From positions 58,754,805-58,795,906 of the forward strand of contig NC_068985.1 in assembly GCF_001194135.2 (NCBI RefSeq): a stretch of 41,102 bases of DNA, read 5' to 3'. Source of the stretch: Octopus bimaculoides (taxonomy: Eukaryota). Position numbers and translations under genes: made by a program. Every line of letters begins with the position of its first letter. The first letter of the stretch is position 1. The notes beneath the pieces are model-generated. The model saw only the letters and a program-made list of their open reading frames with translations. It had not been told where the DNA came from and did no database searches. Below are positions 22,851-33,683 of the stretch, piece by piece.

Positions 22851-23010
22851 GGGAGAATGTACGAAAAAAACAACAACAACAGACGAGGACAGGTGGTGTA
22901 AACAACAAAAGGATGTATTAGTTTGACGCTCGGGAATACAGAAAGTTTTAACGTTTCGAGCTACGCTCTTCAACAGAAAGAATACGGAGAAAAACACGGA
23001 GAAAAAATAA
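22851..23010 (-). mobile_element. Short Penelope-type terminal remnant with hammerhead-like motif
   Basis: Minus strand CTTTCTGTTGAAGAGCGTAGCTCGAAACGTTAAAAC (22945-22980); stem GAGC/GCTC and ACGT palindrome. Confidence 0.45.
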
Positions 23011-23020
23011 ATATATATAT

Positions 23021-23070
23021 TTCTTCTTCTTGCCTTTAACCCTCGAGCGCAGCGGAGTATAGGCCACTTA
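23021..23070 (-). mobile_element. RTE-type LINE 3' terminus with (GAA)n tail
   Basis: Minus strand GTGGCCTATACTCCGCTGCGCTCGAGGGTTAAAGGCAAGAAGAAGAA, like recalled RTE ends (GGCCTATGCTCC..AGGC + trinucleotide tail). Confidence 0.55.
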
Positions 23071-23400
23071 TAATTGAATTCCATGTCGCATAATTTCTCG
23101 ACATGGAACCTGTTAAAAGGATTTTGCTCCTGAAACATGGAGGTCATGGAGCTCTAAAATGTGGGAGCTAAGGCCCCTATTGGGGGTGGGGAGGTTAATG
23201 TCAAATTGTTGAGAATCTTTTCAACTTGGGTGTTATATGTATTGTTTGAATTACTTTGAAATAGGAAATATATGTATGTTCACTGGGTTTGTAAAAGAGA
23301 GCAAAACTACAGGAAACCAAAAGACGAATGATCACAATAAACAGTCAGCTACCCTACCCTAGATATTAATATGCATATATACATGTATGTGTGTGTATTT

Positions 23401-23459
<59 letters not shown>

Positions 23460-23519
23460 ATGTATATATATATACACACAGAGACAAACATGGATCGATA
23501 GATAAAGCTGAGATGTCAA

Positions 23520-23868
23520 AGAAAAACATGAGACACTGCCTAGTGCTTTCTTTAATCTGATAAGCCTGGTACTTATTCTATCAGTTTCTTCTTCACAAAC
23601 CAGCAAGTTATGGGGATGTAAATAAACGAACAGCAGTTGAAAAGCAGTGATGAGAGAGAAACACAGAAACAAAGACACACACATACATTTACATTTATAC
23701 ATACATATATATACGATTGATTTCTTTCAGTTTCTGTCTACAAAATCCACTCACAAGGCTTTGGTTGGTCTGAGGCTCTAGCAAAAGACACATGCCAAGT
23801 CACTACACAGTAGTACTGAACCCAGGACCATATGTTTTGGAACCAAGTTTTTTTTACCACACAGCCAC
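23520..23868 (-). mobile_element. SINE family B, near full length
   Basis: AAGCCTGGTACTTATTCTATC..AATCCACTCACAAGGCTTTGGTTGG..CTGAACCCAGGACCATATG..TTACCACACAGCCAC. Confidence 0.85.
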
Positions 23869-23869
23869 A

Positions 23870-24640
23870 CATGCATATGTGTGTGTATGGGTGTATATAT
23901 GTATGCATGTGTATATATATATGTGTGTACATATTACATGTAAATCTATATATATATACATCTACACATATACATGTAAACATATACATCTATATACATA
24001 GATATATATATATATATATATATANNNNNNNNNNNNNNNNNNNNNNNNNNNNNNNNNNNNNNNNNNNNNNNNNNNNNNNNNNNNNNNNNNNNNNNNNNNN
24101 NNNNNNNNNNNNNNNNNNNNNNNNNNNNNNNNNNNNNNNNNNNNNNNNNNNNNNNNNNNNNNNNNNNNNNNNNNNNNNNNNNNNNNNNNNNNNNNNNNNN
24201 NNNNNNNNNNNNNNNNNNNNNNNNNNNNNNNNNNNNNNNNNNNNNNNNNNNNNNNNNNNNNNNNNNNNNNNNNNNNNNNNNNNNNNNNNNNNNNNNNNNN
24301 NNNNNNNNNNNNNNNNNNNNNNNNNNNNNNNNNNNNNNNNNNNNNNNNNNNNNNNNNNNNNNNNNNNNNNNNNNNNNNNNNNNNNNNNNNNNNNNNNNNN
24401 NNNNNNNNNNNNNNNNNNNNNNNNNNNNNNNNNNNNNNNNNNNNNNNNNNNNNNNNNNNNNNNNNNNNNNNNNNNNNNNNNNNNNNNNNNNNNNNNNNNN
24501 NNNNNNNNNNNNNNNNNNNNNNNNNNNNNNNNNNNNNNNNNNNNNNNNNNNNNNNNNNNNNNNNNNNNNNNNNNNNNNNNNNNNNNNNNNNNATATATAT
24601 ATATATATATATATACATAATATATATTATATATATGTAT
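23870..24640. repeat. (TA)n/(GT)n-rich tract spanning a gap
   Basis: Directly visible. Confidence 0.9.
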
Positions 24641-25814
24641 GCATAAAATTTCCTTATTAATTCTTGATTGGCCCGAAGTATTGTTTGCGCATTGACAAAT
24701 TGGGGAGACAAGAAATTTGAAAGATTTGGTTTACGCGCATGTGTCTTGATGATCACTAAATAGAATTCGTATTGTGTTGGGATTATACCTTTGTCACTCG
24801 TGGCATTGAAAATGTCATGAACTAATGATTTATCCGTTGTGAACTGGAGAAATAGTATCATAATCCCTCATACAATTGCATAATACAATGAAAAATTATA
24901 AGAAAATAATGTTTGTAGATATTAATGTCTAGAGAGTTCATATAGAAAAGTTTTAAATATAGATATTTAATTGTTTGAAATTAAGAATAATTAAAAGTCT
25001 TTAACTGACAGCGGATTAAAGTAGTATATTCAATTAATTGTGCTTAGATAAGATAAGAATGTATGTCACAATCTCTAATTAGACTTCCTCGATAACTTGG
25101 GGAAGAGAGAACGTATAATAAAATCACCTGTGTATTAAAGTAATACTATCTCTGCCTATTTATAATTGTATAACTTCTGAATCGCACTGAATTGAGTTAG
25201 CAAACCTTGAACACCTGAAACTTCGGCATTTTCCGGTTTCGGAAATATCCATCCAAGACTTTGACGAAAATGCCGTCCTTGATATTTCCATTATTTCCGA
25301 CATTAAACAGACTGCAAACTAGAAAGATAACCACAATAAAATGTATTTTCTTGTACACTCTTACAAAGTGGTTGACCATGGTGATCCAACTGCCAATAGG
25401 GATATGTAAAATGACCGATCTCTGTTTGGATAATGATTTAAGTCAATTAGTGACTGTAAGTGAGGTCCGTGTTGTTATCTGGTTGTCGTTAAAGATAACG
25501 ACGTATTATATATTGAAGAATTATACATTGATCGTGTCGGTATTATTTTAGACGACTTGATGTAATCGATTCAAGTGTTTGTGTTGCGTCTATTCTATTA
25601 GAATGTGTGTAATACAAGGTGTGCAATTAAAGATATGTACAATTAATGGAATGTAATTACTCTCTGCAAATTTGGATGCGTAATTGAATGCATGTCGTTA
25701 CGGGTACATATTTAGGGTTCTTTAATTAGAGGAGGGTTAGTGCACATATATAAACTGCAGTAAGTAATTAGAAGGCATTAACTATCTATACACATAAAAC
25801 ATATATTTAACTTC

Positions 25815-25821
25815 GCGCGCG

Positions 25822-25862
<41 letters not shown>

Positions 25863-25982
25863 TTATATATAAAGGTGGGTGTACGTGTCTGTATGTGTGT
25901 AGCGAGAGAGAAATAGATAATTAAAGACATCTAATTAGACATGAGTAAATAATAATGTTATTTTTAGGTGCGTGAATGTGTG

Positions 25983-26071
<89 letters not shown>

Positions 26072-26190
26072 GCGAGTGAATGAGTGAGTTTGTATGTGTG
26101 TGCGTGTGTGAGTGAGTGAGTGAGTGAGTGAGTGAGTGAGTGTGCATGCGTGTGTGTGTGCATGTATGTGTGTGTGTGCATGTGTGTGTG
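25815..26190. repeat. (CA)/(TA), long (GT)n and (GAGT)n microsatellites
   Basis: Directly visible. Confidence 0.9.
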
Positions 26191-27119
26191 TGCTTGTGAA
26201 TTAGTGCGCAATCAGTGCAACAATGTAATTAGATATAGTGTGAAGAATGCATAATGACGCATGAATAGTTCAAAACTATGCATTTAGAAATTATAATTAG
26301 AAATTGCTAATTATATGTATCTAAATAGAATTTTCCTAATTAGAAATGTATACTCTGTAAAATTATTAAGAATAAGAAAATAGATAACTATAGAGTTACA
26401 GGCAACAAAACTAGGAATATGTAACCTGTTATGATATTGGGCAGGGTGTTTTGAATGCCGCTCTCCAGATGTTGATCTGAATACTGTAGAACCAGGAATG
26501 TATGGTAATGAAAACATTTTTTATAAAGTGAGAAACACTTTATATCTTGCTAAAATTGCATAAGGATGTTCTAAAATATTGTATATTTGAATCGATAAGT
26601 TTTAAAGAATACAATTTGCAAGAAAGCCTGCATATATTTTTCAATAACCGTAATCAACCTCTATAAATATAGTCACAAATTTTAATTGTATTTTCACTAT
26701 TTTTCTTTCGCCGCTAAATTTCTATATCAATCCGAAAGGCAACTGTTAATCTATAAAAATCTGATATATACATATAGATTGGTCATAATTTTGTTATCGA
26801 AATTATATTCATCAATGCATCTTTCAATTTCAGAATGGTATTTCTGTTTGAAAGTTCTAATAAATTTTTGTGCAGTTCTGATTTGCCAGAGGCAAGACAG
26901 TACTTCAGGCACATCAAACATATAACATTATCTTTTTATTCTCTTACTTCTATAATTGTCTTGACTCTAAAAGTTTCTCTAGCAACGATTTGGCTGAAAA
27001 CGAATTAAGCTGGTTGAAATAAACAAACATTCACAAATATACACACACAGACACTGACATATATGCACAGACAATCGGACACACAAATACGCATACACAT
27101 ATCCATGCGTATTTCTTAC

Positions 27120-27525
27120 AGTCATTAAGCTTAGGCCATGCTGGGACACTGCCTTGAAAATCTTTAGTCGAACAAATCGACCCTAGTACTGATATTTTAA
27201 AGCCTGGCATTTCTTCTATTGTTATTGTATTTGTCGAACCGCTAGGTTACGGGGACGTAAACACACAAACACCAGTTGTCAAGCAGTGGTGGGGGCCAAA
27301 CGGAGATTCAAAGACACACAAACACGCACACACGCATATATATATACACACACACTTACATAGATACGACTGGCTTATTTCACTTTCCGTCTACCAAATC
27401 CATTCACAAGACTATGATCGGCTCGAGCTTATAGGAGACCACAATCAGCCAAGTTGCCATGCAGTGGGACTGAACCAGGAGCGGTGTGGTTGGGAAGCAG
27501 ACAACTTCCCACAACGACATGCTTG
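27120..27525 (-). mobile_element. SINE family B, full length
   Basis: CAGTCATT..GGCCATGCTGG..GAACCGCTAGGTTACGGGGACGTAAACAC..TTTCCGTCTACCAAATCCA..GCAGTGGGACTGAACC..GTGGTTGGGAAGC. Confidence 0.9.
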
Positions 27526-27534
27526 TGCGTATAC

Positions 27535-27563
27535 CTATCTATCTGTCTATCAATGTATCTATA

Positions 27564-27606
<43 letters not shown>

Positions 27607-27632
27607 NNNNNNNNNNGTCTGTTTATCTATCT
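27535..27632. repeat. (TATC)n microsatellite
   Basis: Directly visible. Confidence 0.95.
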
Positions 27633-27986
27633 GTTTGTGGAAGAAACAAAGTCAAGGTAGAAAATGCTAAAAATAATTTTATAAGAACATTTCAGTACTG
27701 GTTTCGGTCATTGTGACTTGTTCAATTGTAATTATGGAAAACAATTAAGTTTTGGAAAAATTAAATGAAACATTTTATAAAAGAATATTTGCATACTATT
27801 CAAATACAGGGGGCATTTTCCTTGTTTCTGCCTGTCACTGTCTTTCTTCTTTTCCTTATGTGTTCGATGTTGTTATATAAGTCGTTATATAAGTAGCTAT
27901 GTCTATGTCCAGTCATAGAGTGACTAATGGTTTTGCATCCACAAAGGACTTAGACCCGTGAAAGTCTCACAAAATTATAAAGACGA

Positions 27987-29717
27987 GGGAGGCAGAAATT
28001 CATTACCGTCATTTGGTCAGTAAGTCACCAAATCGTCAAGCGTCACTGAGAACGGATCATCTCCCATAGACAAGTTCTTGTGAGCCAAAATAGGAGGAAG
28101 AGGGAATGTTCCATTGTGCTGCTTTTAGACCGTAAGGACTTTTCAGGGTCACATCGGAGAACAGAGAATCCCATGTTTGGAGCTGGTAGTCTTTGAGAGG
28201 GATGTAAGGACTGTAAATCTCCAAGTGAGTGTTCAGTGATTCAAGTTTCAGGGTCTCTTTGCACATCCTCGCTCGCTCAGCTATACTAAGCTTGCAGCGT
28301 TTGCTGCTGTTAATGTATGGTCCTGGGTGCTCTAAGATCCTTCAATTGATATCGTATGGGGTCCCATCATCTTTGAGGAGAGACACGTGGCTGGTCAGGG
28401 ATTTGGCGTATCGTCTCTCCAGAATCCCAAAAGTGGATCTGTTGTTGTACAAGTGCCGCTTGAAGGCCTTCCCGACACACCCGACATATTTCTAGGCTGG
28501 CATGCTGGTTGTGCTCACATTACTGGCGCATCCTCAGTGAGGCTCTGGGTCTGGAGATGTTGTTGCCACCGGTGTTGCTGGGGCTATCAGCGCTGTTATG
28601 ATTACGAGGTGTGCGTCCAGCGATATCACTGCAGCTATTGTCGTTGTGGTGGTCTTCCCCGGCGCTACTGTCTCCGATGGTGGTATGAGTGCCGTCATTA
28701 GTAATATTGAACATGGGGCTGGTACCCTCGATGATGGTGGTGTTGCTGCTGGTGTCGACATAGTTTTCCTCACCGGCCGTAGTACTGGAGTTAGGGTCGT
28801 TGGCGTCAGTGCTGGGGTTTATGTCGCAGTTGCTGCTGCTGCTGGTACCGTCGATGTTGTTGGATAATCCGTTGCTGCTATTACTATGTTCGCTAGATGT
28901 GGGTATCAACACAGCCTCACAGATGACTCATCGGCCTCGCAATGGTCTCCAACTGGATAGTCATTGTAAACTCTGCAAGAGCAACTAGTCTCCTCCTGCG
29001 TTTTATGGGTGTTAGCTAATATACTTTTCATGTCGGGTGAACAACAAAAGGAGATCCTTAGGCTGTGCCTATTGAAAAACGTCCGTATCTGTGTGTCTGT
29101 GAGAAACGTTTATCTATTAACCTGAGTAATATTCTTCCCACTCAACTCTTGACATTCAATGAGAAGCGTTGGACAAACCAAACGATGTCAGGCGGTGCTT
29201 CCTTTTGTAGGTACTAAGGTCTGGCATGTAAGAGATGCGGTCCTTAAACTCACCGGACGCTAGTACTTCGTTGTAGTAGCGGACGGCGTCGTCAAAACTT
29301 TCTTCACTTGAGAATAAATTTTACATCCTCTTTGAGACGTCAGCAAGACATCCTTAACTAATTTCTTAGAGTGGCTGGGACCCTACGTTACGGGCAGCGA
29401 ACGCTGTAAGCTATATATAGCCGAGTGAGCAAGAAAACTCAAAGATTCCCGGAAGCCTGAAACACTGAACAGGAAAATGTACACTCCTTGCATCCATTTC
29501 AAATGCTACCTGCTGCAAGCACGGGATTCCCCGTTCTCTGATTAGATTCGGTAAGGCACTTACGATCTAAAAGCAGTCTAAGTGAAAACGAAATCTGCTT
29601 CCTCTCTTTTGACCCAAAAGAACTGTTCTAAGTGAGATAACCCGTCCTCAGTGACGCCGGACTCTTTATTCTTTGGTGACTTACTGACCAAATGATGGTA
29701 GCGAATTCCTGACTCCC
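27987..29717 (-). mobile_element. 5'-truncated Penelope-like retroelement with inverted 3' (pseudo-LTR-like) copy at its 5' end
   Basis: Minus-strand PLE coding remnant at 28057-29363. The segment 29364-29717 is the inverted homologue of 27987-28338, with 74/97 identity in one hand-counted block (28119-28215). Confidence 0.88.
28057..29363 (-). pseudogene. PLE RT-thumb / Cys linker / GIY-YIG endonuclease remnant
   Basis: LFSSEESFDDAVRYYNEVL; IVWFVQRFSLNVKS*VGRILLRLIDKRF; FFNRHSLRISFCCSPDMKSI; CSCRVYNDYPVGDHC; VICEAV; KYVGCVGKAFKRHLYNNRSTF..SLTSHVSLLKDDGTPYDIN*RILE..PYINSSKRCKLSIAE. All match the recalled PLE consensus (WFNPPFS.NV.T.VG..FL.LID; CP..G.C; YIG....FK.R..NH..SF; C.LC..EK). Confidence 0.9.
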
Positions 29718-30405
29718 AGCTGTCAATAATTATTTCATTCTTTTACATTTACCAAAATATTTCACGAAACTATTAGACATTCAGTCAGGATTTTCTGTTA
29801 CATCTTTGCTCATTTTACGCTTCATGATGTAAGTAGCATTAAGCTGATAAACGGAAATAATTTAAAGATTTTAACGCGCTAGTCTCATTATTCCGATTAG
29901 TGTTAGGGGTAGAGTTAGGGCGAATTGTACATATAATCTTGTACAGAAAACAAAACAAATCTGTCAATATAATAACTTTGGCGATTTCCTAAAAAACGAA
30001 TTTATTTGATCTAGTAGTTGATATATATATTTTGAGTAACATAGGACAAATATTTTCCAGAGCTCCAGGACAGACGTTTTACAGCGTTTTGGTATTAAAC
30101 TGAGGACATTTTCATTCGATTAACTGAATCATATCACCATATTTTCCTCGTACATATTTTTATTGAGCTCGCGACATATAATGGCGAAGGTGGCCAGTTA
30201 TGAAAACCATATAACGGAGGCTGGTCCAAATACACAGACGTGTTTTGTTTGACACAAGCTTTTAACCATCTATCCTACATAATTGTGTGTAAGTGCTGGT
30301 GCTTCTGCATGTTCAAGACCGTATGTGTGTGTTTTTGTGTGTGCGTGTGTGTTGTGCATATATATGTGTATCTATGTAAGTATATTAACACCTAGGCGTA
30401 TATAT

Positions 30406-30437
<32 letters not shown>

Positions 30438-31109
30438 ATGGATGGATGAAACAGTAATTGTATGATCACTCGATATAATGAAATAAGCAGTAAATTTATT
30501 TACAAGTTGGCTGTCTAACTCCAAAGCTTCAACTCAGTTGGATTAATCACTGAAGTTAAAACTTCGATGTCACTGTCACAATTGCTCTGTAAATATATAT
30601 AATGTACTTTCAAAAATATATGTGTTTGTGTTGGTATGCGTGTGTATGTGCGTATATGTGACAGTGTGTATATGCAAGTATTTTCATTTCAGTAAACGTG
30701 TGTTTTTGTGATAATGTGATGCTATGGCTAACCCACACATCGTGCTCTCTGTAGTAAAATATGAGACAATTTAACTAGTTTCAGCATTTATTAAAGCTTC
30801 GTCCCTCATCGGTTACATGTTCCTCTCTGGTAAGGGAATATCTATTTGTAGGTATTCATTGGGTACTAACTGGGACAGATATAATTTCATCTACACTAAT
30901 TTCCACAAAATAGCAAGTGAATTAATACTTATTACTACCAAGATGCAGTACAATTATAAGACAAAATAAAAATCACTTGATAGTTTCAACCATACATTCG
31001 GTGTCGTCAAAAATAGATGCCATCGTTAAATTGTAACACGTCACCTAAATTGTCAAGACTAAGTTGCATAATACACATCTCTACTACATAGCTCAAAAGT
31101 TATTGTCAC

Positions 31110-31146
<37 letters not shown>

Positions 31147-31824
31147 CTGTGTCTGTGAGCGGGCGCGCATGTGTAAGCTTTTTTCGCCAACCATATATCT
31201 CTCTCTTGGTTTATGTTGACTAGTGGTTGTGCCAAATCTCTTGCCTTATCACATACGCAACTATACCGAATCCAGAGTGACAGTCATATAAGTCGAACTT
31301 CTGAACTACACATCCCGGACAACAGCTTTTGATTAGTAACAATGGCAGAAGTTTTCTATACAGGTTAAAACTAGTTTGAAACCCTGAACTTTTTCTCTCA
31401 TTTACATTGTTCAATGACTTCCTTAATAATATATGTTTTGCTAAATCCTGTCTTATTTGGTAGTTTCTGGAAGAATAAAGATTGGATTTTCAATTTAGTG
31501 ATTTACATATTTATGCAAATTCTTGAAGTTTTTCCCATCTTTATACGTTAACACATAACCAAAAAGTGTTTATGGAATATATAAAACCTTATCTGTTTCG
31601 AAGCACGTCATAGAGCGTGTTCCCCCTCTTTTCTGATTCATTTTCTGTACCGCCTCTCTCCATATTCCCCCCTCTTCCCTCTCCCCTCTCTCACTCTCTA
31701 CTTTCTTCCCCTTTCTATCGTCATCTACGCTTTCCTTCTAGTTGAGAGATATCTGTACTCTTGTCGGAAATGCAAATACACACACAAATACGTACAGACA
31801 CGTTTACACTGAAATGTAACAAGC

Positions 31825-31852
31825 ATATATACATATACATACATACATACAT

Positions 31853-31925
<73 letters not shown>

Positions 31926-31935
31926 CATACATACA
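31825..31935. repeat. (TACA)n/(TA)n microsatellite
   Basis: Directly visible. Confidence 0.95.
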
Positions 31936-31984
31936 TGTACATGCTTGTGTAAGTGTGTGTATGTATACGTGTGTGTGAGTGCAG

Positions 31985-32100
31985 ACGCTCAGCTGGTAAA
32001 GATGCGTAATCCTGCGTCGGACAGGCATCCTGTCCAGGAAAGAAAGTATACTCCACAGAAATACCGGGTAACCTACTCTATGCTCCTTACAGAGTAATAC
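31985..32100 (+). mobile_element. SINE-like family E fragment
   Basis: CAGCTGGTAAAGATGCGTAATCCTGCGTCGGACAGGCATCCTGTCCAGG; similar to 18559. Confidence 0.5.
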
Positions 32101-32117
32101 ATAAATGCTTATTTCAG

Positions 32118-32200
32118 TCATTAGACCATGGCTATGCTGGACTACCACTCTGAATGTTTTAGCCGATGAAGATTGAACTAACTGTTTTATGTCAAATACT
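32118..32200 (-). mobile_element. SINE family B, 3' end fragment
   Basis: TTTCAGTCATTAGACCATGGCTATGCTGG matches the TTTCAGTCATTTGACTGCGGCCATG end of the copy at 36426. Confidence 0.55.
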
Positions 32201-32241
<41 letters not shown>

Positions 32242-32251
32242 NNNNNNNNNN

Positions 32252-32293
<42 letters not shown>

Positions 32294-32797
32294 AGTATGA
32301 GAAGAAAATACCTTTGATTAGAAGTATAGATTGATAGACTGAGCGATCGACAGATTTACTTAATGGAAATCCTCTTAAACTAAAGTGTAACTAAATGGGT
32401 TTTTAAATCCTGCACTTCTTAGAAAATTCAGAGAAATATTTCCATATTCCTTACCCTGTATATTGGGTTAATATCTCAGAATGGAAAAGTTAACCGGATT
32501 TATCAAGGAATGAACCAAATCTTGGAATGTTAGACTAAAAGCGTTGCAATCATTGTGCACATTAAAACTGCGTGCACGATGATTGACTGTCATTCAACAA
32601 TAACAGTTTAATCTCATTTTAGTATTACGTATTCTCAGAACACAGAGAAGCTCCAACAATTTCTATATTTATAAGTACATACAGCAACGACGTTGCAAGT
32701 GCTAACAACATCCACTCAACGTCAATGACTTTTAGAGTTCATCCAATCGACGCTGATATGATTTAAGGGAATTGTTTGGATATTAAAAGCAGAGTAT

Positions 32798-32843
32798 AAA
32801 CATTAACTGATGAGAGGAAAATGCTTCGAAAGCTTTAACATTT
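32798..32843 (+). ncRNA. Minimal hammerhead ribozyme motif, probably decayed
   Basis: CUGAUGA (32807-32813), stem II GAGG/CUUC with 6-nt loop, GAAA (32828-32831), AGCU palindrome, flanks AAACAUUAA/UUAACAUUU. Confidence 0.55.
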
Positions 32844-32992
32844 TCAATTCAGAGAACAACCAAGAACAAAACAAACAGCGATTAGTAGTAGTAGTAGTAG
32901 TAGTAGTAGTAAAGACCATTTCCAATGCAATACCAACTCTCAATAGAATGGATGCCGTTATAAAACATTAATATAAAAACAAAAATACCACG

Positions 32993-33037
32993 ATAATAAT
33001 AATAATAATAATAATAATTATAATTATAATAATAATA
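32993..33037. repeat. (AAT)n microsatellite (tail of the SINE to its right)
   Basis: Directly visible. Confidence 0.9.
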
Positions 33038-33234
33038 GTCTCAAATTTTGGCACAATCCCAGCATTTAGGGGGAGGGATTTAGTCGAATACATCTACTGG
33101 TGCCTATGTTATCGACCCTTAAGGGATGAAAGGCAAAGTTGACTCCGGCAGGATTTGAACTCAGGACGTAGAGACGGACGAAATGCCGCTGAGCATTTGG
33201 CCCGGCGTGCTAAAGATTCTGCCAGCGCACTACC
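33038..33234 (-). mobile_element. SINE family A, near full length
   Basis: Minus strand GCTGGCAGAATCTTTAGCACGCCGGGCCAAATGCTCAGCGGCATTTCGTCCGTCTCTACGTCCTGAGTTCAAATCC..CAACTTTGCCTTTCATCCCTTAAGGGTCGATAAC..GCCAAAATTTGAGAC. Confidence 0.92.
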
Positions 33235-33239
33235 TTAAC

Positions 33240-33276
33240 AGCAGCAACAACAACAACAACAATAATAATAATAATG

Positions 33277-33336
<60 letters not shown>

Positions 33337-33353
33337 GTAATAGTAATAATAAT
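33240..33353. repeat. (CAA)n/(AAT)n microsatellite
   Basis: Directly visible. Confidence 0.95.
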
Positions 33354-33677
33354 AAATGCCGTATGCAGTACCAGCCAGTAGCTCTCATGGCTTCTCATCT
33401 TAACGGATTGGAAGTGTTATCATGTACATTGTTTGTCTTGGTCTAAAAGATGAGCTACAGCAAATATTCTGCTCAATACCACATATTTCCTCGATCTGAA
33501 AAAAATTATAACTGGGCCCCACCTGCAAGGTCGTGCGCTGTTTATCTTGATATGATATCACCATGTCGCGCGCTTATGGTTGTGATGCATGAGCTCGGTG
33601 TACTCTTATCAGACCTGTAGTTATGAAGTGCATACTGGGCTTCGTCTATTTTACCAGTGTCACTTTGATGGCATGCA
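33354..33677 (-). mobile_element. Unclassified interspersed element, family D, copy 2
   Basis: Homologous to 15812-16295 with different internal deletions; flanked by (AAT)n on the left and (GAT)n on the right. Confidence 0.75.
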
Positions 33678-33683
33678 AGAATT

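Noticed and set aside
27690-27728. Minus-strand GTCA-CAA-TGACC-GAAACCAGT hammerhead-like string
   Set aside because: The first core box is degenerate, stem I does not pair, and the plus strand resembles the family B SINE end GTTTCGGTCATTTGACTG.
28229-28988. Plus-strand ORFs 28229..28495, 28387..28701, 28598..28867, 28800..28988
   Set aside because: Antisense shadows of the minus-strand PLE coding region and its low-complexity insert.
29640-29717. Canonical hammerhead in the PLE 3' ends
   Set aside because: Both arms read CTCAGTGA..GAATT rather than CTGANGA..GAAA; no canonical core on either strand.
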